Below are positions 19,695-30,609 of a stretch of 64,000 bases of DNA, in pieces. This stretch comes from Candidatus Altiarchaeales archaeon (GTDB taxonomy: Archaea; Altiarchaeota; Altiarchaeia; IMC4; QMZM01), in NCBI GenBank assembly GCA_963749405.1, contig CAVVMY010000016.1, positions 16,414 through 80,413 of the forward strand, in the 5' to 3' direction. The position numbers and the translations under genes are program-made. The stretch's first letter is position 1. Every line of letters starts with the position of its first letter. The notes under the pieces were generated by a model that had not been told where the DNA came from, searched no databases, and saw nothing but the letters and a program-made list of their open reading frames with translations.

Positions 19695-20363
19695 ATGATG
19701 CCTGATAGAAGATTCGCCTACGGAGACGGAACAAGTTTTTTGCAAGCCGTCTTTGCCTGGATGTTTTTCGGCCTTTTGTTGTCCGCGGCTGCGGCTTTTT
19801 TCGTATTGGCCAGCCCCGATCTGCAGACCTTTGTAATCAATACTTACATCATTCTCGCCGTCATAGAGCTTGCGCTTGTCGTTGTGCTTTCCTGGCTTAT
19901 CAATAAGATTCCAACGCCCGTTGCCATGCTTCTGTTCATAGTTTACTCACTTGTCTCAGGGGTCACGTTGCTTGCCATCGTATTAGCTTATACTGAAGCC
20001 TCTGTAGCGGTGGTTTTCCTTATCACCGCAGGTATGTTCGGAGCCATGAGCATATATGGCTTTGTCACAAAGAGGGATCTTTCAGCCCTTGGGGCTATGC
20101 TTTTCATGGCTTTGATAGGCTTGGTTCTCGCTATGCTTGTGAATATCTTTTTGAATAGCTCTTTGCTGGATCTTATCACGTCTGTTGCCGGGGTTATCAT
20201 TTTCACAGGTCTTACGGCTTATGACGTTCAGAGGATTAAGAGGATAGGTGCTGAAGCTGGAGGGGATAGCAAGTATGCAATAGTCGGGGCTTTGGCATTG
20301 TATCTTGATTTCATCAACCTGTTTATCAGTCTGCTTACGCTTTTAGGGAAGAGAAGGGATTAG
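19695..20363 (+). CDS. Bax inhibitor-1/YccA family membrane protein
   Basis: Seven hydrophobic helices; GLTAYDVQRIK, ALALYLDFINLF. Confidence 0.9.
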   Translation: MMPDRRFAYGDGTSFLQAVFAWMFFGLLLSAAAAFFVLASPDLQTFVINTYIILAVIELALVVVLSWLINKIPTPVAMLLFIVYSLVSGVTLLAIVLAYTEASVAVVFLITAGMFGAMSIYGFVTKRDLSALGAMLFMALIGLVLAMLVNIFLNSSLLDLITSVAGVIIFTGLTAYDVQRIKRIGAEAGGDSKYAIVGALALYLDFINLFISLLTLLGKRRD

Positions 20364-20749
20364 GGGATTATCAGATAATACAGGTATTATTTTTTTCTTT
20401 CTTTTAGCATATTTTTTGGATAGTCAGGAGATATATTCCTTAGGGGGGTCTTCTGCCGGCTTTCAGGAGGCTGCAAGCCATGTTGTAAAGTATTTTAACT
20501 AGTTTCTGCATATTCTTTGATTACCGCGTTTGGTGAGGTAAAAGAAAATGAAATTAGCTAGAAGAGCAGCCTTTGTGTTGCTACTGATATTCCTGGCAGG
20601 TCTGGCCTCATCGGCTTTCGCCGGCTGAAAAGATTAATGTGGAGGCGGTTAATATGCCGGAAACGGACTGCATAAATCTCCCTTGCGGCCCTGAGAGTGC
20701 GCGGAGGCCAAGACCTGCCGTGAGCCTGATGGCTCACCAGGATTCTTTT

Positions 20750-21752
20750 TTATTCTAACAGCTTAAAATCCACGCACATCCTTGAAAGCTGCGGAGAATA
20801 GGTCCCGCATTCAACTACGTCAAGGACTTCTATTACATGCCCCAGTTTAGAGCAGATACCTTTTACTTCCTGCGCCGCTTCCTCCGTCGTGCTGGTGAAG
20901 GTATAGTAATGTATGATGCCTCCCTTCTTCACTGCTGGAATCGCTTTATCCAAAAAGTTTCCTGCGTCTTTGGGTAAAGGCATGATTATGCGGTCGAATA
21001 TGCCGTGTTTTCCTGCCTCAATCCCTGCATCTCCGAGTATGGCCTTCACGTCCACCTTATTTCGGCGGATGTTTTCCTTCATATACTCGACAGCTGCAGG
21101 GTTAAGCTCTACCGCATAGACCTCTTTGGGTCGGGCATACTTTGCCATCAATATTGCGTAGGGGCCAATCCCTGCGAACATGACCAGTACGCGTTCTCCT
21201 GCTTTTACCTGCTTTGCTATGCGCATTCTCTCAGTGCCCAGCCTGGGAGAGAAATATGCGCGTGTTACGTCCAACTCGTAGATGCAGCCGTATTCCCTGT
21301 GCAGGGTTTCGGTGCGGTTCTCGCCTGCGATAACTTCCACATCCCTTGTCCGGTACTCTGTTCCTACGCTGGTTTTTTTGTTTGCGACGACCAATATGTT
21401 CTTAAAAGTGGAAAGAATCGCTTTGCCGATGGTTTTTTTCTTGTCCTTCAGTTCGTCAGGTATTTCTATGACTGCTATATCTCCGATTATGTCGAAGGAC
21501 TTTGGCAGAATCAGCAGTCTCTTCCTTTGTCAGTTTATCCTCTAAGGCCTCTTTCAGGGAAGCAGGCTTGCGCTTGGATTCTTTATTTTCCAAGAAAACA
21601 ATCTCGGTTTTTGGGAGGATTATTTCATGTTTTATGGGCATTAACAGATAATCTCCCTGCCTAACGATTTCCCGGTCTCTATCGAATGCTCCCATCTCAA
21701 TGAGTTTTCTCCTTATTTCTTCTCCTTTGCTTCGAAAGATTTTGAGGTACAT
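20750..21752 (-). CDS. trm5: tRNA (guanine37-N1) methyltransferase Trm5 family, split by an extra A near 21518
   Basis: SFDIIGDIA after frame correction; YFSPRL..ER, MFAGIGPY, ELNP, RIIMPLP. Confidence 0.88.
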
Positions 21753-21801
21753 CAAATCAATATAGGATAGAGGTCAAATAAAAAAAAAGATATAGGAACA
21801 T

Positions 21802-22503
21802 TCAGAATCCACAATAGCAATCGCTGGTCCCTTCAACATCATAGGCATGGCCATTCTTCGTATAATCCACGCGAGTCTCCCACCCATCCGTCCAGCAGTC
21901 CGTAACAGTCCCACCCACTGCATTCACATCAATCATCGAACAGGACAAGTAGCAACTAGTTGATCCTACTGCGCAGCATGTTGAGCAGATGTCATCTGAT
22001 AACTGAGTAGTGGTCGTAGTCTGAGGAACAGTAGAAGTGGTTGTGGAAGTGGTCGGCTTAACCGTGGTCGTAGTTGTGGTGGGTTTGTAGCAGTTTATTT
22101 TATCGACATCTACGCCCCATTTTATGATGCTTGCATCTGAAGTGAATCTAAATCGGACATCATCAGTGTTAGAAGGCGTAAGCCAAACGAAACCATTTGA
22201 TGTGCCTGACCAGCGATTGTATTTTCCGGAATCATAATCATAGATGTAGAAAAAATCATACGATGACTCTGTATCATATTTCACATTAACCTTGGCCAGG
22301 TAACCGGCAGGGCATTTATAAACTGCAGAATAACAGTTCATGTTATTCGCATAGTTGTGAGAAGTCTGGAAATTGACCACGTTGTCGCCCGCCACAAGAT
22401 TCCTCGACGCCGAAGAGGTGCATGATGCAGCGATTCCTGTATTTGATAATATCACACATATGAAGGCCAAAGACATCGTCCAAAAAATAATTTTTGCTTT
22501 CAT
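21802..22503 (-). CDS. Secreted CUB-domain protein with Thr-rich linker and Cys-rich C-terminus
   Basis: Signal peptide; NYANNMNC, TESSYDFFYIYD, FRFTSDAS (CUB signature). Confidence 0.75.
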   Translation of the reverse strand: MKAKIIFWTMSLAFICVILSNTGIAASCTSSASRNLVAGDNVVNFQTSHNYANNMNCYSAVYKCPAGYLAKVNVKYDTESSYDFFYIYDYDSGKYNRWSGTSNGFVWLTPSNTDDVRFRFTSDASIIKWGVDVDKINCYKPTTTTTTVKPTTSTTTSTVPQTTTTTQLSDDICSTCCAVGSTSCYLSCSMIDVNAVGGTVTDCWTDGWETRVDYTKNGHAYDVEGTSDCYCGF

Positions 22504-22575
22504 TTTTTAGAACCCTTGTTAATTATTATATTCTATATACTTAAAAAGGGTAAAAAAATTGAATATTGTATAAAA

Positions 22576-22992
22576 TCAGGAATTCTTTATCTTAGCTATT
22601 ATTTTCCGGCTGCTATTCAATTCCCCCTCAAGATAGGCGTCAACCCTCACCACCTTCGCCTTAAGCCCTCTTTTACTCAACTCTTTTCGTAGTTCGTTTA
22701 CGTCAAAGTGCTGGTCTTTCCCCAAAGCGACAATATCAGGGTTTATCTCCTTTATCGGCTTGAAATAATCCTCATGATCTCCGAGTATTGCTTCATCTAC
22801 GGGTTTCAGAGCCCTGACAACTTCAAGCCTCTGGCTCTCGGGGATCCTCGGGGTGTTCTTTCTTTTCTCGACGTTACGGTCTCTTGCAACTATTACTACG
22901 AGCCGGTCCCCAAGCTTCTTTGCCTCCTCCAGGAAAACCACATGACCTGGGTGCAGTATGTCAAAGACTCCTGTGGCAACAACGGTTTTCAT
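22576..22992 (-). CDS. ribL: FAD synthase (cytidylyltransferase fold)
   Basis: ATGVFDILHPGH, VIVARD, LGKDQ, SSRKI. Confidence 0.88.
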   Translation of the reverse strand: MKTVVATGVFDILHPGHVVFLEEAKKLGDRLVVIVARDRNVEKRKNTPRIPESQRLEVVRALKPVDEAILGDHEDYFKPIKEINPDIVALGKDQHFDVNELRKELSKRGLKAKVVRVDAYLEGELNSSRKIIAKIKNS

Positions 22993-23045
22993 GCTGCTTG
23001 AATAATTTATATGATTAAAATGGTAAGTATTAAATCCTTTTTACT

Positions 23046-23498
23046 ATGGCCAGCCAAGTAGACCTTAAATTCAGGGACCTAGAGGTTAAAAGATTCACAA
23101 ACTTCATAGAGGGACCAGTCAACATCCAAAATAACAGTAACGTAAGGGCAGTGGCAAAGATAGAAGGAAAACTGTCAATAGACTTCACATTCACATGCAA
23201 TTTCGAGCCAGGCGTAGGCCTTATAAAGATAGACGGAGACATCATCCTGCGCGACTCCGAGGAAAACATCGAGCGAGCTATGAAGGAATGGGACAAAGGC
23301 GCAAAAAACCTGCCCACAGACATCGCAGAAAGGATCCACAATGCAATACTTTCAAGCTGCATAATAGAATCCGTAGTCCTATCCAAGGAGATGGGTCTCC
23401 CGGTGCCAATACCCCTGCCCACAGTATCCATGGCCAAAAAAGAACCGGGAATAAGCGAGACAAAGATATCAGACGACACCAAACACTATATCAGATAA
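23046..23498 (+). CDS. Conserved archaeal hypothetical protein
   Basis: Clean ORF with host codon usage; C-terminal GLPVPIPLP pattern. Confidence 0.65.
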   Translation: MASQVDLKFRDLEVKRFTNFIEGPVNIQNNSNVRAVAKIEGKLSIDFTFTCNFEPGVGLIKIDGDIILRDSEENIERAMKEWDKGAKNLPTDIAERIHNAILSSCIIESVVLSKEMGLPVPIPLPTVSMAKKEPGISETKISDDTKHYIR

Positions 23499-23560
23499 GC
23501 CCTCTATCATATAATTAAACATAATACAATAGAATAGTATAAATCACATAAATAAATAAA

Positions 23561-23764
23561 ATGACAGGCTCCTGTCCATTCTGCGGAGGACAACTGGTAA
23601 TGAAGCAGGTAGACCACGAAGTATCCGTCGGCCCGCACCAGAAGACCATACAGGTGCCGGCATTTGTATGCAAGAAATGCGGCGAACGCGTATACACAGA
23701 AGAAGCCGACGAAACCATAAAGAAGCTGGAAGAAGAGATGGCTGCAGTCGACCAGGAATTTTAA
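23561..23764 (+). CDS. YgiT-type zinc finger protein
   Basis: CPFCGG...VPAFVCKKCGE. Confidence 0.8.
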   Translation: MTGSCPFCGGQLVMKQVDHEVSVGPHQKTIQVPAFVCKKCGERVYTEEADETIKKLEEEMAAVDQEF

Positions 23765-23790
23765 TACACAAAAGCGATAAAACAAGAAAA

Positions 23791-24039
23791 ATGGAAAGAG
23801 TATATACCATACCCCTCAGGGAGGCATTCGAGGCACCCAGGCCAAGGAGGGCAAACAAAGCAGTGAAAATCATCAGAGAATACGTTGCAAAACACACCAA
23901 GGCTAATGAGGTAAAACTAGACGCCTCGCTGAACGAAGCAGTCTGGGAGCACAGCCGCGAAAAACCCCCAAGAAAGGTAAAAGTAAAAGTAGTAACAGAA
24001 GAAGGCATAGCAACGGCATCCCTGGCAGAAGAAGAATAA
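23791..24039 (+). CDS. rpl31e: 50S ribosomal protein eL31
   Basis: [30 protein letters not shown]. Confidence 0.93.
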   Translation: MERVYTIPLREAFEAPRPRRANKAVKIIREYVAKHTKANEVKLDASLNEAVWEHSREKPPRKVKVKVVTEEGIATASLAEEE

Positions 24040-24053
24040 ATCCTCATAAAAAT

Positions 24054-24713
24054 ATGTCCTACAAACAAACATCTGTAAACGGCGAAGACTTCGTCGGCCT
24101 CCTAGGCCTCGCCACAGACAAATACGCCCTCCTATCCACAGGATTCAAAGACACAAAAGCGCTGCAAGTACCCGCCATAAAGACCACAATATACGGCACA
24201 AACCTGCTCGGACTATTCTGCGCAGGAAACAGTAACGGACTACTGGTACCATACTTCGTGGAAAAAGAAAAGATCCACTGGATAAAAAAACAACTAAAAG
24301 AACATGGCGTAGACATAAACATACAAAAAGTCGACGACACATACACGGCACTCGGAAACCTCGTAACCGCAAACGACAAAGCCGCGATCATAAGCACAGA
24401 ATTCAAACACCACAAAGTATTCGAAGATACGCTCGGCGTAGAAGCAGTCAAAAGAGACATCGCCAAACACAAAGAAGTCGGAGCCTGCTGCAAAGCAACA
24501 AACAAAGGATTCCTGGCCCACGCAGAAGCAGACGAAGACGAACTAAAAGAGATCGAAGAAATACTCAAAGTCCCAGGCAAAGAAGGAACAATCAACTTCG
24601 GATTCCCATTCGTAGGATCAGGGCTGATAGCGAATTCCTACGGATACATAACAGGCCTGCGCACATCTGGGATAGAGCTGGGACGGATAGATGATGCGCT
24701 GGGGTTCTTCTAA
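24054..24713 (+). CDS. eif6: Translation initiation factor 6 (aIF6)
   Basis: [26 protein letters not shown]; follows eL31. Confidence 0.93.
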   Translation: MSYKQTSVNGEDFVGLLGLATDKYALLSTGFKDTKALQVPAIKTTIYGTNLLGLFCAGNSNGLLVPYFVEKEKIHWIKKQLKEHGVDINIQKVDDTYTALGNLVTANDKAAIISTEFKHHKVFEDTLGVEAVKRDIAKHKEVGACCKATNKGFLAHAEADEDELKEIEEILKVPGKEGTINFGFPFVGSGLIANSYGYITGLRTSGIELGRIDDALGFF

Positions 24714-24889
24714 TTTCTTAAAGTAGCATGCTGTAAACTGAAATTTAAGGCCTGAGAATGTATTATTAATCGTTTTATGTATAGTGGGTAGGAAAGAGGT
24801 AGGAATTCTTTCCTATTCTCCCACTAGTCATAAAAGAGGGCATGGGGAAGTAAGGAGCTTCCCCATGGGGATTCTCTCTTAGTATGACA

Positions 24890-25788
24890 CTACGCGGTCT
24901 GGTTCGCGCTCTTTTGTTCTTCTTGAACATCTTCCGATTCTTGAATACTTAAATCAGACTTCAGAGCCTCGTCAAAAAACGGCACACGACTTACGCATAG
25001 CTCCTCAGTGATAGAACTCGCCCTCAGTTCTCTTAACGTCATATTAGCTGTCAAGTTAAGCGACTTATACTGCTTGGACTGGGCGAAAATAGCATCTATT
25101 CTTTTCCTAACCTCTGTCCTATTCTCAGAGGATAATGGGCATTTAGACAATGCTTCAAGGAAGCCCATATTCTTAACAAGAGAATACAACGCCGCATCAA
25201 TCTGATTCTTGCCGTCAGATTGCTTTGCAGGTGGTGTCTTAGTTTTTCCAGATCCGAGAGGTACTCCTTGCTTGCCCGACTTCGCCCCGTCTTTATCCAC
25301 AACATTTTCGTGTCCGCCAAAAAGCTTATTCTTCGCGTCTTTTATTATATTAATTAGTCGTATAGCATCTCTTTCACTTGTGGAATAACGACGAATCAGT
25401 ATGTTTTTAAAAATATCGTCTGCAGGGAAATCTTGATCTTTATATTGCTCGACTAACTCTTTGAACATTGGGACATTCAAAAAAGCTTCTCGCTTCCCTT
25501 CCACTCTTCATTTTCTTGGTTGGGGTACAAAATTTTCTTTCCTAAATCTGTAATTACCAAGTTTCCACGACCAGTAATTAAACCATATCGCTTGGCATAT
25601 GCCACCTGACCGGAAAGTCCTCCCCCTTTAATCTTCAGTGCAATTTCTAAGTCTTTTAAGGTGGCAGCAGGACGAATTTTAGATACTTCTCTGGTAACCT
25701 CTATAGCCCTGTCCAGTTTTATAAGTGGAAAATCCTTGTTTCCACCCCTAAAACCATCTTTGTCTTCCTTTTTCGCTTCATCAGCCAT
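24890..25788 (-). CDS. Hypothetical protein with wHTH-like N-terminus, frameshifted near 25505
   Basis: Overlapping ORFs 25477..25788 and 24890..25504 read as one protein (AKRYGLI...ITDLGKKIL...AFLNVPMF). Confidence 0.6.
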
Positions 25789-26081
25789 TTTTAATACCTC
25801 TTATTTATCTGATGCAGTTATTATGGATTTCAGAGTATATATATGGCAAAAATAGACAATATTTATAGTTTTGTATCTTCTAAGCATATCGATTTTTGAT
25901 TAATGTCTAAAATATAGACCATTTCTTAAGAGGTTTATAAATAGCGTCATGAAACGTGTGTTTCGTTTTATTTTAGACATAACGCGTAAGATTAGGAGAT
26001 AACCTAAGCACAGTTTCGCCCGGTTATTAAGACGATTAATATCTTTTCCTTTTTGCCGTAAAAACCGTATTCTATAACCCT

Positions 26082-27194
26082 ATGAAACGCACCGGCTCCG
26101 TCGACCTCCCGCTCCACGGCGGCAAAGCACCCAGGTGGCTCTTTGCGCGTATGGTAAAACTTTCGTCTGCGCTAACGGACGTCCTTGTCTACGAATACGG
26201 ACAAGAAGAATTCCTTCGCCGCATATCCGATCCCTACTGGTTCCAGGCCTTCTCGTGCGTGATCGGATTCGACTGGCATTCCTCTGGGACAACGACGACT
26301 GCCTGCGGCGCGCTGAAGATGGGCCTGAAGCCCGAGGAGACTGGCATCATGGTCGCGGGCGGAAAGGGGAAAGCGTCCAGGAAGACAGTCACAGAAATAG
26401 AGAAGGCAGGCGACCTTTTTTCTTTGTCGACTCAGCGGATCGAGCGGCTTCAGTATTCCAGCAGGATGTCTGCGAAGGTTGACAATTCATGCGTGCAGGA
26501 CGGGTATCAATTGTATCACCACTGCTTCTTCCTTACGGAAAAAGGTGATTGGGCGGTCGTACAGCAGGGCATGAGTAATAGCTATGCAAGGCGGTATCAC
26601 TGGCTTTCAGACGGCGTAAAGAGCTTCGTTGAGGAGCCTCACAGCGGAATATCTTCCGACAGATTAGAGGAACAAGTCCTGGACATGACTGCAAAAGAAA
26701 GCGCAGAGAGCAGGAAGACAAGCGTCGATCTAATCAAAGACAACCCAAAGCATATCGAGAAATATTTGATCGGAAGCAGGCCTCAGAGGACATTGACCGA
26801 GTATGGAGCAGACAATGGCACAGAACATTATTCCCTGCCTGCACATCATCCTGTTCTCGACATCGACGTGGGAAAGAAGGGGATGGAAGTTTTGCAGAAA
26901 GCATATGAATTGCAGCCCAAGGACTATGAAGAACTTGTCGCGCTGCAAGGCATGGGGCCAAAGAAAATACGGGCGTTGGCACTCGTTTCAGAGCTTGTCT
27001 ATGGAGCAAAGCCCTCATGGAAAGACCCTGCGAAATACTCCTATGCGCACGGCGGAAAAGACGGATTCCCGTATCCTGTGCACAGGAGCACGTATGATTC
27101 GACGATAGAGACCCTGAAAGATGCGCTTTCCCAGGCGAAGATAGACAAAAAAGAAAAGCTTAACGCGATTAGGAGGCTGTACGAATTCCTCTGA
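26082..27194 (+). CDS. DUF763 family protein
   Basis: DLPLHGGKAP.WL, DWHSSGTTT, AHGGKDG.PYPV. Confidence 0.88.
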   Translation: MKRTGSVDLPLHGGKAPRWLFARMVKLSSALTDVLVYEYGQEEFLRRISDPYWFQAFSCVIGFDWHSSGTTTTACGALKMGLKPEETGIMVAGGKGKASRKTVTEIEKAGDLFSLSTQRIERLQYSSRMSAKVDNSCVQDGYQLYHHCFFLTEKGDWAVVQQGMSNSYARRYHWLSDGVKSFVEEPHSGISSDRLEEQVLDMTAKESAESRKTSVDLIKDNPKHIEKYLIGSRPQRTLTEYGADNGTEHYSLPAHHPVLDIDVGKKGMEVLQKAYELQPKDYEELVALQGMGPKKIRALALVSELVYGAKPSWKDPAKYSYAHGGKDGFPYPVHRSTYDSTIETLKDALSQAKIDKKEKLNAIRRLYEFL

Positions 27195-27202
27195 AAAAAA
27201 AA

Positions 27203-28004
27203 ATGTTCGACTCTGTCTTTTTATTCAAGGTCTTCCTCTCTTTCCTGACAGGGGGAGTTTTCACTACGATCACATTGTATGCCGCGGAAAAGCATGGGCC
27301 AAAAGTCGGAGGGATAATCGCAGGCCTTCCTTCCACGACAGCTGTCGGCTTGTTCTTCATAGGATACGCACAGTCTGCGCAGGCTGCATCCCAAGCCGCA
27401 ACTCTCATGCCGGCAGCAGTCGGCGGAAAGCCTGATCTTCGTTATCGCGTATGTGATGCTCTGCAGGAAGATAGGATATAAACAGGCCCTGCTGACAGCA
27501 TCCCTGATTTGGCTTATGATCTCGCTGCCCCTCGCATATCTCGGATTCGAGGATATGTATACTGCGACGTTGTTTTTCCTGGCAGTCTGGGCAGTGACTC
27601 TTTTCTATATGGGACACCAGACGACTGATGTGAAGATGCCGGAAAAGATAAGCTACACAAAAGCCCAGATGCTGTGGCGCGCGATCTTTGCAGGCGCCCT
27701 TATCGCCTCAGCAGTGGTGATCAGCAGTTTATTCGGGCCGCTCTGGGGCGGCGCGCTTGCGGCATTCCCTGCCATGTTCCTCACAACATTCATAATACTG
27801 TGCAGAGCCTATGGATGCGAATACAGCACGGCCTTTGCAAAGAGCACACCCATCGGCCTCTTTGGAGTGATCCCCTATCTTTGGAGCGTGCATTATCTTT
27901 ATCCTGTTTACGGGATCGTGGCAGGGACGTTTTTGTCCTATGTGCTGTCGGGCATTTCAACTCTTGCAATTTATACTGCGCTTAAAACTCAACGCCGCCT
28001 GTGA
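27203..28004 (+). CDS. Integral membrane protein of two homologous halves, split by an extra A near 27428
   Basis: GPKVGGIIAGLP and GPLWGGALAAFP repeats. Confidence 0.75.
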
Positions 28005-29187
28005 TCTCACCAGATTCCTTGTTCGTGGTAACGATACCACCCATTGCTGCCGAATAGTCTATAGACAGCGACACATCATATGGGTCTCCTGTTTTCTTAG
28101 GCGGACATGAAGCAGTTATCGTGATCACCTCACCGGACCTTAACCTTAGGTTGCCGCCGGTTGAGAAATCCTTGCCGTTGACAGTTATTCCTTGACAATT
28201 TTGGCCATCGGATGTGCCGATTGAGACTGAGGTGATGTTCATCACGACCCCTGCCGCATTGTCAAGGGCGATTTCGTAGCTTCCATTGGATTCATAGTAA
28301 ATCGTCGGCGCAAGGGGTTGTAGCCTCTCAAAGCCTGTTGTGGTCGTCGGATAATTTGCTCCGTTGACACCCTTACTCAGGTCCTCCGGTGGAATTACGT
28401 CACTTGTGTATCCTGTTTCGGCCTGGCCGCTTATATGCCCAGTGTCAGTATGAGTCGAGGGAACGCCGCCAATCGTCGTATTGTATGTAATCGTGACGAT
28501 AAGATCGTATGTTTCCCCTTCATTTTTCTGTCCGCAGTCTCCTTGGACTGTGAAGGCGTTGCCGGCCCGGACAACTTGCTCGTTCAATGGTTCAACCGAG
28601 CAGTCTGTTCCGGAGATGGCGTCTTTTACGCTGACATTGGTTATAGTAATAGTCGTACCTAATGCGTTCGTAAACATGGCAGTGAATGTTGAGCCGCTAT
28701 ACGCTATGGCCGGAATCAAAGGCTGCATCTTGACAAATCCTGTGACAACTTGGCCGGTCTGTCCTGCGTTGAAGATTCCAAGCTGCCAGAGAGCTACGCC
28801 GAAAACCATGAGTCCAAAGTATAATATCCCGCCTATCACCACATTTGCAGCAAAGACTATCACAAACGCTAATGCGGCGTTTTTCCAGTCTGCGTCATAG
28901 AATCTTTTTATCAGGTATATGTAAAGGAGAATACCTATCAGGGACACGAGGAGCATCAGTATAAGGCTGAGAAGAGGTACGCCAATCAAGTAGGGTACAT
29001 ATGATGCAACCACTAATAAACACATCACGGCTGTGTAAGCCAGAACCGTGGAAACCGCTGTCTTGTAGTCCTGTTTCTTTAATTTAAGCAGCTTTGATGC
29101 AATCCAGAGGAACGCTGAATTCAAAAGCACATGTATCACGAAAACAACTAAGGCTATGCCCAGCAAGAAAATAATGTCGTTATTCAT
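27982..29187 (-). CDS. Multi-pass membrane protein carrying two pilin-like globular domains
   Basis: Four TM helices then LWQLGIFN...TGFVKMQP; visibly similar to pilins at 55.2-57.2 kb. Confidence 0.8.
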   Translation of the reverse strand: MNNDIIFLLGIALVVFVIHVLLNSAFLWIASKLLKLKKQDYKTAVSTVLAYTAVMCLLVVASYVPYLIGVPLLSLILMLLVSLIGILLYIYLIKRFYDADWKNAALAFVIVFAANVVIGGILYFGLMVFGVALWQLGIFNAGQTGQVVTGFVKMQPLIPAIAYSGSTFTAMFTNALGTTITITNVSVKDAISGTDCSVEPLNEQVVRAGNAFTVQGDCGQKNEGETYDLIVTITYNTTIGGVPSTHTDTGHISGQAETGYTSDVIPPEDLSKGVNGANYPTTTTGFERLQPLAPTIYYESNGSYEIALDNAAGVVMNITSVSIGTSDGQNCQGITVNGKDFSTGGNLRLRSGEVITITASCPPKKTGDPYDVSLSIDYSAAMGGIVTTNKESGEITGGVEF

Positions 29188-29223
29188 TTTTAATCGATTA
29201 ACAATATGTTTCAGACTTTAAAT

Positions 29224-30054
29224 TTATGCGCTCGCATTGCCTGAAACGTAGCCGTTCTCGAAAAAAAGAGAGGATAGATTGCTTGATGGGGCATATTGTA
29301 TCTCAATCGCGAATTCATATGGATCGCCGGCCGATATGTTAGCGGCAGGGCATGCTGCATTCAGCGCGAACGTGCCGTTAACTTCCACGGTCTCTCCCGG
29401 AGCGGGCGAAGTAATGTTGCAGTCTGCTCCTGCGTTTAGGTCCAATGCTTCCACGGATTCGATTTTTATCGCATCGTTCATCCAGTTCCTGAAACTCACT
29501 GAGAATGCGGAGCTGGAGGCATTATAGATTCCGGAATCGACTGGCTGCACGTCCCACCATCCGGTCAGTTGCAGGCCGCCGCTCTGGTCGTATATGCCTA
29601 GCATCGACGCTAGGAAACTGTAGGCTGTAAGCAGCATAGCGAGAAGCATAATTGTAAATAACCACGCAACTATTATAAGATATACTGCTGTGAGAAAGCC
29701 GTACAGTGTCTTTTTCATGCTTTCCCCGTATAGGGCTTTCATCCTCTGAAGGATGAATGAGGTCTTTATTATGAAGACCAGGCTGATTGGCAGCAGCAGG
29801 CGCAGGCCTTTGCTTAGGATATCCTGCAGAGAAGGCGCAGATATGTAGATGGCAAGGATGAAGGGGGCTGCGACGATGAGCCCGACTTTTAGAGAGTATA
29901 ACGCGATTTGTCTGGGGATTTTTCTGTCTTTTTTTCGGTATCTGAAAATCCATGATGCCGCCCAGACGCATCCTGAGACTATAAGATAATCCGCCAACGA
30001 TAAGATAATTAATGCCGCGACTATGGTTGCTATGGTGGGGTCTATTTCTGTCAT
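29224..30054 (-). CDS. Membrane protein with one divergent pilin-like domain (paralog of neighbour)
   Basis: Four TM helices; TGWWDVQP...FRN...GDPYEFAIEIQY...ENGYVSG. Confidence 0.72.
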   Translation of the reverse strand: MTEIDPTIATIVAALIILSLADYLIVSGCVWAASWIFRYRKKDRKIPRQIALYSLKVGLIVAAPFILAIYISAPSLQDILSKGLRLLLPISLVFIIKTSFILQRMKALYGESMKKTLYGFLTAVYLIIVAWLFTIMLLAMLLTAYSFLASMLGIYDQSGGLQLTGWWDVQPVDSGIYNASSSAFSVSFRNWMNDAIKIESVEALDLNAGADCNITSPAPGETVEVNGTFALNAACPAANISAGDPYEFAIEIQYAPSSNLSSLFFENGYVSGNASA

Positions 30055-30057
30055 AGA

Positions 30058-30555
30058 TCATTCAAGGGATCTTATTTTCTCCGTTCCTTTGATTTTTTTC
30101 AGTATCGTCCGCGTTCCTTCCGGGACAAGATGCTGCCACTTTTCATTGGCCAGTATCCTTCGCCGGATCTCGGTTCCGGAATATTTGTCCCTGTTGAACA
30201 GGCCGGTTGCATGGACCCTGTAGCCTGCTTTTGCGAAGAGCTCCCGCTCCAGTTCGCCGTTGGTATAGACTACGTCGTATTTGGGCACGATTTTTTCCAC
30301 ATGAGCCACCCAGAGGTCGTTATTCCCTATGTCCGGGATATCATATACCAAAATCTTCCGGCGTATGCCTTTTACGGACTCCGTTATCATCGCCCTTCTT
30401 TCTTCCGATGTGAATGGGTTGTCTTTTTTGCGGGAGACTTGCGAGCTTCCGATCCCTATGAGTATGTGATCTGCTTCTTTTGCTGCCTCCTCTAGGAGCA
30501 GGAGATGCCCCAGATGGAAGGGCTGGAATCTTCCTATTATGAGCGCGGTTGTCAT
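30058..30555 (-). CDS. nadM: Nicotinamide-nucleotide adenylyltransferase
   Basis: GRFQPFHLGH, GSSQ, NPFT..ER, SGTEIR; ATG at 30555. Confidence 0.92.
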   Translation of the reverse strand: MTTALIIGRFQPFHLGHLLLLEEAAKEADHILIGIGSSQVSRKKDNPFTSEERRAMITESVKGIRRKILVYDIPDIGNNDLWVAHVEKIVPKYDVVYTNGELERELFAKAGYRVHATGLFNRDKYSGTEIRRRILANEKWQHLVPEGTRTILKKIKGTEKIRSLE

Positions 30556-30609
30556 TTCTTTTGGCGTCGTTACATAATTTATGCCCGCAAGTTTAATACA
30601 TCTATTGGG

